Assembly: GCF_004353825.1 (NCBI RefSeq)
Contig: NZ_SMNA01000004.1
Location: 248,001-312,000, forward strand
Source: Occultella glacieicola
GTDB taxonomy: Bacteria; Actinomycetota; Actinomycetes; Actinomycetales; Beutenbergiaceae
Reading direction: 5' to 3'
DNA: 64,000 nucleotides
Under the pieces are notes generated by a model, which made no database searches, was not told the origin of the DNA, and saw nothing but the letters and a program-made list of their open reading frames with translations. Position numbers and translations under genes: made by a program. Shown here piece after piece: positions 46,653 to 57,556 of this stretch; the first letter of the stretch is position 1; each line of letters begins with the position of its first letter.

Positions 46653-48380
46653 GTGACCTTCACAGCCGAAGTCAACCCAGGAGTGGGACTGAACAAGGGA
46701 TCCTTCCCGCACGCCGCGCCGAGCGACCCGAGCGCGCCGCACGTCCACGCGGCGGAGATCGCGATCGACGCCGCCGCCGACCGTGGCGCGCTCGCCCGGA
46801 TCTGGGAGAGCATCGGGTACGACGAGATCAACTGGACCTACACCCCCACCGGCCGCTCGCTGCTGGGTCGCTTCGGGGAGCTGAGCGACAAGGGCTTCCA
46901 CGTCCGTCCGCACTACGTGTTCTGCTCGGGCACCGGCTTCGGGATCCCGCACTGGGGCAACGGCAACGTGTTCCACCTCGACGCCGACGGGAACGCGTTC
47001 TACGACTTCACCATCACCGATCAGGTCTACGACGCGATCGTCGAGTCCGGCAACCATGTGCTCGTCGAGCTCGCGTTCACCCCGCGCGACCTCGTGCCCG
47101 ATCACGCCGCCGAGCTCGAGGTGGTGCCCAGCCCGACCGTCTACAGCAACTACGAGGCGGGCGCGTGGGGGTACCCGCCGAAGGACTACGCCGCGTGGGG
47201 CGACCTGATCGCCGCGCACGCCCAGCACTGCCTGGACCGCTACGGCGCCGACGAGGTCGACACCTGGCTCTGGGAGCTGTGGAACGAGCCGGACATCTTC
47301 TACTGGCGCGGCACCCCGGAGGAGTTCTACGAGCTGTACTCGGTGACGGCGGCCGCGGTCCGGCGCGTGCTCCCCACGGCGAAGGTGGGCGGCCCGGCCG
47401 TCACCGGTTCCGGTGCCGAGTTCCTGCGCGGCTTCCTCGCCCACACCAGTGCCCGCAAGGACCCGCTCGACTTCGTCTCGTTCCACACCAAGGGCTCGGC
47501 CTTTCGACCCTGGCGCGTCTACGGACCCACCGGCGGCCCGGCTCCCGAGCAGCAGAGCCCGAGCGCACACAAGATGCTCTTCGAGATCCGCACCCTGTCC
47601 CGCGTGATCGAGGAGTTCCCCGAGTACCACGGCCTGCCCGCCATCGTCGATGAGTGCGACGCCGGGGTCCCGGCCCACTACAGCGTCTACGACAACGCGA
47701 ACTTCCGGTTCCAGAACACCGAGTACTACCCGGTGTTCCAGGTCAAGCTCATGAAGAAGATCCTCGACCTGAACGCCACCGAGACCGTGCAGGTGGAGCA
47801 GGCGACGTCGTGGAGCTTCTACTTCGAGGGCGAGCGCTACTTCGAGGGCACCCGCGCGTTCCTCACCGCGGGCGGCGTGGAGAAGCCGTTCCTGAACGCC
47901 TACCGGGCCCTCGCCCGGCTCGGCGAGCGGCGGATCGAGGCCGCCTCGGACGCGGCCCACCCGGTCACCGCCCTGGACGACTGCGGCGGCGCGAGCATGC
48001 CCGAGGAGGTCGACGTCCTGGCCTCCCGCGGTGCGGACGGCACGGTGGCCGCACTCGTCTGGCGGCACATCGACGACCAGTACCACACGGACGACACCGA
48101 GGCTGCTGTGAACGTGAACATCACCGGCCTCGATGCCGCCTCCTACACCCTGCGGCACTACCGGATCGACGCCACCCACTCCAACGCGCACACGATCTGG
48201 GAGGGAATCGGCTCGCCGCAGCTGCCCACCGACGACCAGCTCGCCGCGATCAAGGAACGTCAGGGGCTCGAGGAGTTCGAGGCGGCCCGTGAGGTGACGC
48301 CCGCCGACGGTGCCGCGCAGGTGGGACTGCGCCTGCCGTTGCCGGCGGTGTCGCTGCTGATCTGGGAGCCGAAGGCATGA
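46653..48380 (+). CDS. GH39-like glycoside hydrolase (beta-xylosidase family), cytoplasmic
   Basis: YDFT..DQVYD, VELAFTP, PPKDY..W, acid/base WELWNEPD, KVGGPA, LDFVSFH, nucleophile region IVDEC; no signal peptide. Confidence 0.85.
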   Translation: MTFTAEVNPGVGLNKGSFPHAAPSDPSAPHVHAAEIAIDAAADRGALARIWESIGYDEINWTYTPTGRSLLGRFGELSDKGFHVRPHYVFCSGTGFGIPHWGNGNVFHLDADGNAFYDFTITDQVYDAIVESGNHVLVELAFTPRDLVPDHAAELEVVPSPTVYSNYEAGAWGYPPKDYAAWGDLIAAHAQHCLDRYGADEVDTWLWELWNEPDIFYWRGTPEEFYELYSVTAAAVRRVLPTAKVGGPAVTGSGAEFLRGFLAHTSARKDPLDFVSFHTKGSAFRPWRVYGPTGGPAPEQQSPSAHKMLFEIRTLSRVIEEFPEYHGLPAIVDECDAGVPAHYSVYDNANFRFQNTEYYPVFQVKLMKKILDLNATETVQVEQATSWSFYFEGERYFEGTRAFLTAGGVEKPFLNAYRALARLGERRIEAASDAAHPVTALDDCGGASMPEEVDVLASRGADGTVAALVWRHIDDQYHTDDTEAAVNVNITGLDAASYTLRHYRIDATHSNAHTIWEGIGSPQLPTDDQLAAIKERQGLEEFEAAREVTPADGAAQVGLRLPLPAVSLLIWEPKA

Positions 48381-49234
48381 CGACGGCGGCGCTCACCTCG
48401 CTGGATTGGCGCACCACGCTGCCGGGCGGCGTCGAGATCCCCCAGGTGGGCCTTGGGGTCTTCCAGGTGCCGCGCGACCAGGCGCAGCGGGTCGTCGAGG
48501 ACGCCCTCGAGGTGGGGTACCGCCACGTGGACACGGCAGCCGCATACGTGAACGAGGAGGGCGTGGGCGCCGCGCTCGGTTCCGCCGGGCTACCGCGCGA
48601 GGAGGTGTTCGTCACCTCGAAGCTCCGGAACGGGGACCAGGGGTACGAGAGCACCCTGCGCGCCTACGACGACACCCTGGCCCGGCTCGGCCTGGAGACC
48701 CTGGACCTGTACCTGATCCACTGGCCGAACCCGGCCGCCGGGCTGTGGCAGGAGAGCTGGCGGGCGCTCGAGCGGATCCTCGACGAGGGGCGGGTCCGCG
48801 CGATCGGTGTCTCGAACTTCCTGGTCGAGCACCTGCGTGAGCTCCTCGACCGGGCCGGGCAGGTGCCGGCCGTGAACCAGATCGAGGTGCACCCCAGCTT
48901 CGGCCAGGCCGACCTGGCCGGCTTCTGCGCGGAGCACAGGATCACGGTGCAGGCGTACTCCCCGCTGGGACAGGGCGCGGACCTGACCGCTCCGGCGGTC
49001 GCCGCGGTCGCAGACCGGCTCGGTGTCGGCCCGGCCCAGGTGGTGCTGCGCTGGCACCTGGACCGGGGCCGGGTGGTGATCTCGAAGACCACCTCCCGGG
49101 CCCGGATGGTCGAGAACGCCGACCTCGACGGGATCGACCTCACCGATGCCGACCTGGCGGCGCTGGACGCCCTGGACGCCGGGGTGCGGATCGGCAACGA
49201 CCCGCACACCTTCGCACTCAGCCAGATCCGCTGA
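48377..49234 (+). CDS. Aldo/keto reductase (2,5-diketogluconate reductase-like)
   Basis: GYRHVDTAAAY.NE, FVTSKL, LDLYLIHWP, RAIGVSNF, NQIEVHP, AYSPLG. Confidence 0.93.
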   Translation: MTTAALTSLDWRTTLPGGVEIPQVGLGVFQVPRDQAQRVVEDALEVGYRHVDTAAAYVNEEGVGAALGSAGLPREEVFVTSKLRNGDQGYESTLRAYDDTLARLGLETLDLYLIHWPNPAAGLWQESWRALERILDEGRVRAIGVSNFLVEHLRELLDRAGQVPAVNQIEVHPSFGQADLAGFCAEHRITVQAYSPLGQGADLTAPAVAAVADRLGVGPAQVVLRWHLDRGRVVISKTTSRARMVENADLDGIDLTDADLAALDALDAGVRIGNDPHTFALSQIR

Positions 49235-49264
49235 CCCCGACCGACACTCGATGGAGCGTGTTCG

Positions 49265-50235
49265 ATGGCGACACAAGTAATGCCGGTGCGAGCCACCGGT
49301 ACCCCGGCGACGCCGGCCCCGCCGCGGTCGCCGGCCCGGCGCCGGCGCGAGCGACAGCGCAATCTCTGGATCTACGCCTTCCTGCTGCCCACGTTCATCC
49401 TCTACGGGATGTACACCCTCTACCCGATCGTGGCCAGCTACTGGTACTCGCTGGTGGAGTGGAACGGGTTCACTGCGGACCAGCGGTTCGTCGGCCTCGA
49501 CAACTACGAGAGGGTCCTCGCGGACCCGCTGTTCTGGTCGTCGGTGGGGATCACGCTCCTGTTCATGCTGATCGTGGCGCCACTGCGGGTGTTCGGGGCG
49601 TTCGCGATGGCGATCCTGCTGAACTCGCCCCGGCTGCCCCTGCGGTCCTTCTTCCGGACCGCCTACTTCCTGCCGGTCGTGACCACCACGGCGATCGTCG
49701 GGGTGGTGATGCGGTTCATCCTGGATCCGGCCAGCGGGCCCGTGGCCTCGGTGCTGCAGGTGTTCGGGCTCGGACCCGTCGATCTGCTCGGGAACTCCTC
49801 AACGGCGCTGGTGACCGCCGGGGTCGTCTATGTGTGGAAGTTCTTCGGCATCACGATGATCTACTGGCTCGCCGCGCTGCAGACCATCCCGAAGGACCTG
49901 TACGAGGCCGCGAGGATCGACGGGGCGGGCGCATTCGGGCTGTTCCGGCACATCACACTGCCGCTGCTCATCCCGTTCCTGCTGATCATCTCGGTGCTCA
50001 CGATCGAGGACTGCTTCCACGCGTTCGACCTGATGCAGTCGATGACGGCGGGCGCCCGTTCTTCAGCACCGAGATCATCGAGATCTACATCTACCGGTGG
50101 GCCTTCGCCGCCACGATCCCGCAACTCGGGTTCGCCTCCGCGGCGGCCGTGCTCTTCGGCGTGATCGTGCTGGTCGTAGTGATCGCCCAGGTCTGGGCCA
50201 CCGTGGTCTCCCGGCGGCTGCGAGCCCGAGCATGA
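49265..50235 (+). pseudogene. Carbohydrate ABC permease (MalF-like) with a 1-bp frameshift near 50054 (true lesion or sequencing error)
   Basis: One frame reads ...LYEAARIDGA...QSMTAG; the conserved continuation PFFSTEIIEIYIYRWAF...GFASAAAV is in another frame. ATG ACG GCG GGC GC CCG lacks one G of TAGGP. Confidence 0.85.
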
Positions 50236-51104
50236 GCGCCACGACCGCCTCGACCGGCTCGCGCAGTTGGGGCCGGCTGCGCCGCCGGATGCCCTGGTGG
50301 GTCCTGGTCCTGCTGCTCGTGGGCCTCGCGTTCATCTGGGTGTTCCCGTTCATCTGGATGGTGTCCGCGTCCCTGAAGACCTCCGCCGAGATCTTCGGTG
50401 GCGGCCTGAACCTCATTCCCGAGGCGCTGCGCTGGGAGAACTACGCGCGGGCCTGGGTGGACGGGAACTTCCGGACCTACCTGCTGAACACCGTCCTCGT
50501 CACCGTCGCCACCGTGGCCATCGTGGTGGCCCGGTGCGCCCTGGCCGGGTACGTGCTCGGGCGGTACCGGTTCCCGGGGTCGCGGCTGGTGATCGGGATC
50601 CTGGTGGCCACGCTGTTCGTGCCCACCGGCTACACGATCATCCCGATCGTGAAGCTGTCCCTCGAACTCGGCCTGTTGGACCAGCTCGGCGGCATGATCC
50701 TGGCCCTGGCCGGTGGCGCCAACGTCGCCTCGATCCTCATCTATGCGGGCTACTTCCGCGGCATGCCCGCCGAACTGGAGGAGGCCGCCATCGTCGACGG
50801 CGCCGGCTTCCTGCGCACCTTCGCACGGATCATGTTGCCGCTGTCGATGCCGGTCACCGCGACGGTCGCCATCCTCACCTTCCTGTTCACCTGGAACGCG
50901 TTCTTCCTGCCCCTGGTGTTCTCGTTCAGCAACCCGGCGCTGCGCACGGTCAGCGTGGGCATGCAGGCGTTCGTGGGCGAGAACTCCACCGACTGGCCCG
51001 GCATGGCGGCCGCGGGCGTGATCTCGCTGCTGCCGATCGTCGTGCTCTTCGCCTTCATGCAGCGCTACTTCATCGAAGGCATCGCGGGCGCCGTCAAGTC
51101 CTGA
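50232..51104 (+). CDS. Carbohydrate ABC permease (MalG-like)
   Basis: WENY, ELEEAAIVDGAG, C-terminal QRYFIEGIAGAVKS. Confidence 0.93.
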   Translation: MSATTASTGSRSWGRLRRRMPWWVLVLLLVGLAFIWVFPFIWMVSASLKTSAEIFGGGLNLIPEALRWENYARAWVDGNFRTYLLNTVLVTVATVAIVVARCALAGYVLGRYRFPGSRLVIGILVATLFVPTGYTIIPIVKLSLELGLLDQLGGMILALAGGANVASILIYAGYFRGMPAELEEAAIVDGAGFLRTFARIMLPLSMPVTATVAILTFLFTWNAFFLPLVFSFSNPALRTVSVGMQAFVGENSTDWPGMAAAGVISLLPIVVLFAFMQRYFIEGIAGAVKS

Positions 51105-51155
51105 CGCGCCACCACCCATCCCCGACACATCCCCATCTCAACGAGGAGAGTCCCC

Positions 51156-52589
51156 ATGTCCCGAACACCTCTGAGCCGCCGCCACTTCCTGGGCGGGGTC
51201 GGACTCACCGGCATGGCCAGCCTGCTCGCCGCGTGCGGCGGGGAGAGCCCGCCGCCGGGTGGAGGCGGCGGTGGCGACGCCGGCACGCTGCGCTGGTGGG
51301 ACCACCTCGGCGGCCTCCAGACCCTGCACGACGACTGGGCCGTCAGCGAGGGCGAGCGGCTCGGCATCACGATCGAGCACACGTACAACGAGCCGGGCAA
51401 GGCCACCGAGGCCCTGCAGCTGGCGAACCAGAGCAACCAGCTCCCCGACGTCTACTCCCCGGTGATCGGCCTACCGTTGCCGGCGCTCGTCGAGGCCGGA
51501 TGGGTGCAGGAGATCACCATCTCCGACGAGGTCATGGCACGCCTGCCGGAGAACACGTTCGTCGAGGGCCTGTCCATGCTCGACGGGGTGATCTACGGCC
51601 TGCCCGCGTTCACGGACAAGCAGTACGTCGCCTGCACCTGGTACAACGCCGAGATCGCCGAGGCGGTCGGCTTCGAGCCACCCACGAGCTACGACGAGTT
51701 CCTCGCCGCGCTGCGGGCGATCGCCGATCACGGCGAGTACGCGCCGATGACCATCGCGCTCGGCGCGGTCGGCCGGATGCGGGAGCAGATCGACGACCTG
51801 GCCCAGGCGGGCGGCTTCCCCGGCTTCACCGGACTGCGGTTCGACACGGGCGAGTACGAGTACCACCACGATGCCTACGTCAACGCGATCGAGCTGTACA
51901 AGGAGATCTCGGACAACGGCTGGCTGCTGCCCGGCACGAACGGGTTCCAGATCCCCGACGCCCGTGGCCGCTGGGCCGCCGGCGGCATCGGCTTCCACAT
52001 CGACGGCCCCTACTCGCCCGGGGCGGTGCGCTCCCTGAACGCGGAGATGCTGCCGAACATGGCTGTCGCCGGGATGCTCACGCCCGACGGCGAGGACATC
52101 GTCGCGACGAAGGGCGCCCGTGGCGGCGACTGGGTGCTCGGCGGTACCAGCGAGATCGCCGACCTCGCGAGCCAGCTCATCGAGACGTTCACCCAGGACG
52201 ACTACCAGACCGCCCTCGCCGCCGGCATGGACCAGCCCCCGCTGAACCTCGACGTGGTCGCCGATGCGGACGTCATCGAGCCCTACGCCTGGCTCGTCGA
52301 GGACTTCCGCGCCCGGGTGTTCCGGGCACCCCAGCCGCAGGTCCGCAACGTCGACGTCGCACAGGTGCAGGCGAGGCAGGCACCGGTCGCACCCGAGCTC
52401 GGCAACGTCATCCAGGGCTACCTCGGCGGGCAGATCACCGACCTACGCGCCGAGCTGACGAAGCTGAGCGACTCCTACTCGGCCGCGCTGGACGAGGCCA
52501 TCGCCGCCGCGACCGCCGAGGGGGCCGCCGTCAGTCGGGCGGACTGGGAGTTCCCGGACTGGCAGCGCGGCGTCGACTACACGTACTGA
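51156..52589 (+). CDS. Sugar ABC substrate-binding Tat lipoprotein
   Basis: SRRHFL twin-Arg, lipobox LAAC, LPDV, P.SYDEF; RBS GAGGAG. Confidence 0.9.
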   Translation: MSRTPLSRRHFLGGVGLTGMASLLAACGGESPPPGGGGGGDAGTLRWWDHLGGLQTLHDDWAVSEGERLGITIEHTYNEPGKATEALQLANQSNQLPDVYSPVIGLPLPALVEAGWVQEITISDEVMARLPENTFVEGLSMLDGVIYGLPAFTDKQYVACTWYNAEIAEAVGFEPPTSYDEFLAALRAIADHGEYAPMTIALGAVGRMREQIDDLAQAGGFPGFTGLRFDTGEYEYHHDAYVNAIELYKEISDNGWLLPGTNGFQIPDARGRWAAGGIGFHIDGPYSPGAVRSLNAEMLPNMAVAGMLTPDGEDIVATKGARGGDWVLGGTSEIADLASQLIETFTQDDYQTALAAGMDQPPLNLDVVADADVIEPYAWLVEDFRARVFRAPQPQVRNVDVAQVQARQAPVAPELGNVIQGYLGGQITDLRAELTKLSDSYSAALDEAIAAATAEGAAVSRADWEFPDWQRGVDYTY

Positions 52590-52643
52590 CCCGCAACCCC
52601 CGTCGGCGCACCGACAGTCACAGAGAGAGGACAGGACCACACC

Positions 52644-53411
52644 ATGGGAGTCTTTCCCACCGAACGCACCGCGGTCATCACCGGCGCCGGATCCGCCCGG
52701 GGGATCGGGCGGGCCACGGCCCACCGGCTCGCCGCCGAGGGCTGGAGCCTCGGGCTCCTCGACATCGACGGGCCGGCCGTGGAGGCGCTCGCGACCGAGT
52801 TGTCCCAGCGGCACGAGGTCGCGGCGGTGGGGCTGCGGGTGGACGTGAGCGACCCCGCGGACGTCCGCACCGCCGTCGGGAAGCTCGAGACGGAACTGCC
52901 GCCCCTGGTGGCGCTCGCGAACGTGGCCGGGGTGAGTTCACCGGTGCCGTACCTGGACCTGCCGGACGAGGAGTGGACCCGGGTGATGCGGGTCAACCTC
53001 GACGGCGTCCATTACGTCAGCAAGCGCGTCGCCGAGTCGATGGCCGGTCGGCGCCTCGGCAGGATCGTGTCCATCTCGTCGGTCTCGGCCCAGCGCGGCG
53101 GCGGCACCTACTCCAAGACCCCGTACTCGGTGGCCAAGGCCGGCGTGATCGGGCTGACCCGGGCCCTGGCCCGCGAACTCGGCCCGCACGGGATCACGGT
53201 GAACGCGATCTGCCCCGGCCCGATCGACACCGACATCATGGGCGGCACTCTCAGCGAGGAGCGCAAGCGCGAGCTGGTGGCGGACCTGCTCGTCGACCGG
53301 GTCGGCACCACCGAGGACATCGCCGCGGCGATCAGCTTCCTGCTCGGACCGGACGCGGGCTACATCACCGGGCAGACCCTCAACGTCGACGGCGGCCTCT
53401 ACATGCACTGA
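52644..53411 (+). CDS. Short-chain dehydrogenase/reductase
   Basis: TGAGSARGIG, N.AG, catalytic S and YSVAK, NAICPG.IDT, YITGQTLNVDGG. Confidence 0.93.
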   Translation: MGVFPTERTAVITGAGSARGIGRATAHRLAAEGWSLGLLDIDGPAVEALATELSQRHEVAAVGLRVDVSDPADVRTAVGKLETELPPLVALANVAGVSSPVPYLDLPDEEWTRVMRVNLDGVHYVSKRVAESMAGRRLGRIVSISSVSAQRGGGTYSKTPYSVAKAGVIGLTRALARELGPHGITVNAICPGPIDTDIMGGTLSEERKRELVADLLVDRVGTTEDIAAAISFLLGPDAGYITGQTLNVDGGLYMH

Positions 53412-53447
53412 CGGCAACCCGCCGTCGGTACACCAGGGAAGGAACAC

Positions 53448-54422
53448 ATGCGCACCATCACCACCGTGGCGGTCATCGGGTCCGGGTACATGGGCGGCGG
53501 GATCGCCCAGACGCTCGCGGACGCAGGCCTGGCCGTGCGGATCGCGGACGCCACCGCCGACCTGGCCCGGACCGCGCACGCACGGATCCTCGCCGAGGCC
53601 GCCGACCTCGAGGCCTCGGGCCTGATGCCCACCGGTCATGCCGAGCGGGTCCGCGACAACCTCAGCTGGAGCGAGTCGCTCCGGGAGGCGGTCGACGGCG
53701 CCGACCTCATCGAGGAGGCGGTGCCGGAGGACCCGAACCTCAAGCGCCGGGTCCTCGCCGAGATCAGTGCCGTGGCCGCTCCCGAGGCGCTGATCGGGAC
53801 GAACACCTCGACGATCCCGCTCGCCCGGCTCGCCGATGCGGTGACCCACCCGGACCGGTTCCTGGTGGTCCACTTCAGCAACCCCGCGCATCTCGTCCCC
53901 GGCGTGGAACTGGTGGCCGGGGCACACACCGCGGACTCGACCGTGGCGGCGGTCCGGGCCATGCTCACCGGGATCGGCCGACCGAGCGCGGTGGTCGCCG
54001 ACGCCCCCGGTTTCGTCCTGAACCGGGTCCAGTACGCGATGGTGAAGGAAGCCCTGCTGATCGTGCAGGAGGGGCACGCGACCCCCGAGGACGTGGACAC
54101 CATCCTGCGCTCCACGCTCGGGTTCCGGGCCGCGTTCTTCGGGCCGCTCGCGATGCTGGACATGGCGGGTCTCGACGTCTACGCCGACTCCTTCCGGCTG
54201 CTCGCCGACGCGCTCGGGGACCGGTTCGCCCCACCGGAGATCCTCACGGACGCGGCGGACGCGGGCCGGCATGGCATGAAGAACGGTGCCGGGTTGTGGC
54301 GCGACTACACCGGCCAGGACGCCGGCGCCATCCAGGCCTGGCGGGCGCAGGCCTACTCGCGGATGAGCGCCCTGCTCGCGGACCTGCCCCCGGCCCCGAC
54401 CCTGACCAGGAGCACGGTATGA
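53448..54422 (+). CDS. 3-hydroxyacyl-CoA dehydrogenase family protein (possibly an aldonate 3-dehydrogenase)
   Basis: GSGYMGGGIA, EAVPE...K, TNTS, HFSNP...VE, PGFVLNR, GP...D..GLD. Confidence 0.85.
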   Translation: MRTITTVAVIGSGYMGGGIAQTLADAGLAVRIADATADLARTAHARILAEAADLEASGLMPTGHAERVRDNLSWSESLREAVDGADLIEEAVPEDPNLKRRVLAEISAVAAPEALIGTNTSTIPLARLADAVTHPDRFLVVHFSNPAHLVPGVELVAGAHTADSTVAAVRAMLTGIGRPSAVVADAPGFVLNRVQYAMVKEALLIVQEGHATPEDVDTILRSTLGFRAAFFGPLAMLDMAGLDVYADSFRLLADALGDRFAPPEILTDAADAGRHGMKNGAGLWRDYTGQDAGAIQAWRAQAYSRMSALLADLPPAPTLTRSTV

Positions 54423-55360
54423 CGCCGTTCACGGCTGACACCTGGCCGATCGGCGTCGGTCTGCCGCAGCTCGTCGGCACCCTGACCGACGGCCGGGACG
54501 TCACCACGACCGGGCCGCACGCGTGGCGGCCGACGTTCCACGAGGTCGCTGCGGCCGGCTTCACCGAGATCGACCTGTTCACCACGTTCATCCGGATCTC
54601 CGAGCTGGACGACGACGGTCGCCGAGGCCTGCGCCGCCTGCTCGACGAGTACGGCCTGCGGATCAGCGCGATCCCGCTCGCGCGCCGGAGCATCCTCGAC
54701 CCGGACCCCGACCGGGCGGCCGCCAACCTGGAGTTCGCTCTGGCGACGGTCCGGGCCGCCGGTGAGCTCGGTGTCGGCACCGTGTGCGTCGGGCTGCACC
54801 AGCCCCTGACGGACGCGCAGCAACAAGCGGAGTGGTTCTGGCTCGAGCCGGGCGAGGAGAACCCGGAGGACCCCGCGGTCTGGGCGGCCGCCGTCGACGG
54901 CTTCCGCCGGATCGGCGAGGAGGCGGCACGAGCCGAGGTCCAGGTCTCCCTGGAGATGTACGAGGGCACCTACCTCGGGACGTCGGAGAGCTCGGTGCGG
55001 CTGGTCACCGACATCGGCCTGCCCAACGTGGGCCTGTGCCCCGACATCGGGAACATCGTGCGGCTGCACCGTCCCGTCGAGGACTGGCGGGTGATGCTCG
55101 AGCGGATGCTGCCCTACGCCAACTACTGGCAGCTGAAGAACTACCTGCGCGACCACGACCCGGCCACCGGTGCCTACTTCTCGGCGCCGGCCCCGCTGGA
55201 GAGCGGCTACATCGACTACCGGACCGCCGTCGGGATGGCCCTGGCGGCCGGGTTCTCCGGCCCGCTGTGCGTCGAGCACTACGGCGGCGACGGGCTGAGT
55301 GTCGCCGCCACCAACCGTGACTACCTGCGCCGCATCCTCGCGGCCAAGATCGCGAGCTGA
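54419..55360 (+). CDS. Xylose-isomerase-like TIM barrel (sugar phosphate isomerase/epimerase family)
   Basis: SLEMYE, NVGLCPDIGN, NYWQLKN, G.IDYR, GF.GP..VEH metal-binding pattern. Confidence 0.85.
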   Translation: MTPFTADTWPIGVGLPQLVGTLTDGRDVTTTGPHAWRPTFHEVAAAGFTEIDLFTTFIRISELDDDGRRGLRRLLDEYGLRISAIPLARRSILDPDPDRAAANLEFALATVRAAGELGVGTVCVGLHQPLTDAQQQAEWFWLEPGEENPEDPAVWAAAVDGFRRIGEEAARAEVQVSLEMYEGTYLGTSESSVRLVTDIGLPNVGLCPDIGNIVRLHRPVEDWRVMLERMLPYANYWQLKNYLRDHDPATGAYFSAPAPLESGYIDYRTAVGMALAAGFSGPLCVEHYGGDGLSVAATNRDYLRRILAAKIAS

Positions 55361-55361
55361 C

Positions 55362-57101
55362 ATGACCCACCTCGTCAACGACCCCAGGACGTTCGCCGCG
55401 GACGTCCTGACCGGCTTCGTCCGGGCGCACGCCGACCGGGTCCGGGAGGTGCCCGGCGGCGTGGTCCGCGCGGCACCGGCGGCGCCCGGGAAGGTCGCCG
55501 TGGTCCTCGGCGGCGGGTCCGGGCACTACCCCGCGTTCGCGGGGTGGGTGGGGGAGGGGATGGCCGACGGCGTCGTGTGCGGCAACATCTTCGCCTCGCC
55601 CTCTGCGGACCAGGCCGTCACGGTGATCCGCGCCGCGGACCGCGGCGCCGGAGTGCTGCTCGGCTTCGGCAACTACGCCGGGGACCGACTGCAGTTCGGT
55701 CAGGCGGCCCGGGAGCTGCGGGCGGACGGCATCGACGTGCGGATCGTCACCGTGACCGACGACGTCGCCTCGGCCGCCGAGCCCGAGCAGCGCCGGGGGA
55801 TCGCCGGAGACCTGATCGTGTTCAAGATCGCCGGCGCAGCCGCGGCCGCCGGCGCGGACCTGGACCGGGTCGAGCGGGTCGCGGCCCGGGCCAACGCCCG
55901 CACCCGGACCATCGGGATCGCGCTCGCCGGATGTACGCTGCCGGGCCAGGACGAGCCGCTGTTCACCGTCCCTGCGGGCCGGATCGCGCTCGGCCTCGGG
56001 ATCCACGGCGAGCCCGGGCTGAGCACCGAGGACCTCGGCAGCGCGACGGAGGTCGCCGACGACCTGGTCGACCGGATCCTCGCCGAGGCTCCCGCCGATG
56101 CCGGGCGGGTCGCCGTGCTCGTCAACGGGCTCGGTGCGACCACCCACGAGGAGCTGTTCGCCGTCTACGGGCGGGTGGCCGATCGGCTCACCGCGGCGGG
56201 CCTGGTGATCATCGCCCCCGAGGTCGGGGAGCAGGTGACCAGCCTGGACATGGCCGGGATGTCCCTGACCGTCACGTTCCTCGACCCCGAGCTCGAGCGC
56301 TATTGGACGGCGCCCGCGGACACGCCCGCGTTCCGTCGCGGCCGGCCCGGCCCGGTCGGGGCGGAACCGCCGCCCGCGGCCGCAGCTCCGCCCGCCGACG
56401 CTCTCGCGCCGCCACCCGCGACGGTGGTCTCCCCGGGGAGCGAGGACTCTCGACGGGCGGCCGAGGATCTGTTGCGCTCCGCCGCCGCGGTCACCCGCGC
56501 GCTCGCGGACCACGAGGCGGAGCTCGGCCGGCTGGACGCCGTGGCCGGCGACGGTGACCACGGTCAGGGCATGGTGCTGGGGGTCGGTGGTGCGGTCCGG
56601 GCCGCCGAGGAGGCGCACCTGGCCGGGGCCGGCCTCGGGGCCGTCCTCGACGCCGCCGGCCGGGCCTGGTCCAACGCTGCCGGTGGCACCTCGGGGGCGC
56701 TCTGGGGAGCGGCGCTGCGGGCCGCCGGGGCCGAGGTCGGCAACGACCGCGCCCCGGATGCCGACGGCGTCGCCCGGGCCGTGGACCGCGCGGTCACCGC
56801 CGCCGCAGACCTCGGGGGCGCCCGGGAGGGCGACAAGACCGTCATCGACGCGGCGGTGCCGTTCGCCGCGAACCTGCGTGCCGCCGTCGGGCAGGGGGCC
56901 GCGGTGCCCGCCGCATGGGCGAGCGCGGCGACCGCGGCGGAGGAGGCCGCCCGCGGCACCGCCGCCCTCACGGCCCGGCTCGGCCGGGCCCGCACCCATG
57001 GTGAACACGCCCGCGGTCATGCGGACCCGGGTGCCATTTCGTTCGCGCTCGTGGTCGCCGCGGTCGCGCAGTCGTCGACGGTCTCAGCGGAGGAATCATG
57101 A
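55362..57101 (+). CDS. Fused DAK1/DAK2 kinase (L-erythrulose kinase LerK-like)
   Basis: [66 protein letters not shown]. Confidence 0.88.
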   Translation: MTHLVNDPRTFAADVLTGFVRAHADRVREVPGGVVRAAPAAPGKVAVVLGGGSGHYPAFAGWVGEGMADGVVCGNIFASPSADQAVTVIRAADRGAGVLLGFGNYAGDRLQFGQAARELRADGIDVRIVTVTDDVASAAEPEQRRGIAGDLIVFKIAGAAAAAGADLDRVERVAARANARTRTIGIALAGCTLPGQDEPLFTVPAGRIALGLGIHGEPGLSTEDLGSATEVADDLVDRILAEAPADAGRVAVLVNGLGATTHEELFAVYGRVADRLTAAGLVIIAPEVGEQVTSLDMAGMSLTVTFLDPELERYWTAPADTPAFRRGRPGPVGAEPPPAAAAPPADALAPPPATVVSPGSEDSRRAAEDLLRSAAAVTRALADHEAELGRLDAVAGDGDHGQGMVLGVGGAVRAAEEAHLAGAGLGAVLDAAGRAWSNAAGGTSGALWGAALRAAGAEVGNDRAPDADGVARAVDRAVTAAADLGGAREGDKTVIDAAVPFAANLRAAVGQGAAVPAAWASAATAAEEAARGTAALTARLGRARTHGEHARGHADPGAISFALVVAAVAQSSTVSAEES

Positions 57102-57556
57102 ACTGGCGGATCGCGGTCGGTGCGGACAGCGCCGGCTACCACTACAAGGAAGCCCTCAAGCGTGACCTGGAGGCCGACCCGCGCGTCTCGGAGGTGATCG
57201 ACGTCGGGGTGATCGAGGGGGATGGCACCGACTACCCGCACGTCGCGGTGGACGCCGCCCAGCTCGTGGCCGACGGTCGCGCCGACCGGGCCCTGCTGGT
57301 CTGCGGGACCGGGCTCGGCGTGGCGATCTCGGCGAACAAGGTTCCCGGGATCCGGGCCGTCACCGCGCACGACTCCTACTCGGTGGAGCGGTCGGTCAAG
57401 TCGAACAACGCCCAGGTGCTCACGTTCGGGGAGCGGGTGATCGGGCTCGAGCTGGCCCGCCGACTCGCCTCGGAGTGGCTCGGCTACACGTTCGACGGCG
57501 CATCCGCCTCCGCGGCGAAGGTCGCCGCGATCACGGCATACGAACGTCGTGACTGA
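57098..57556 (+). CDS. RpiB-family isomerase (D-erythrulose-4-phosphate isomerase DerI-like)
   Basis: G.D.AG...[21 protein letters not shown]...HD.YS, SNNAQVL..G.RVIG; context between the DAK and TIM-like genes. Confidence 0.85.
   Translation: MNWRIAVGADSAGYHYKEALKRDLEADPRVSEVIDVGVIEGDGTDYPHVAVDAAQLVADGRADRALLVCGTGLGVAISANKVPGIRAVTAHDSYSVERSVKSNNAQVLTFGERVIGLELARRLASEWLGYTFDGASASAAKVAAITAYERRD

Noticed and set aside
50267..55360. 1697-aa ORF as a giant protein
   Set aside because: Mostly an Arg/Pro/Gly-rich off-frame shadow over four real genes; only 54419-55360 is the real coding part.
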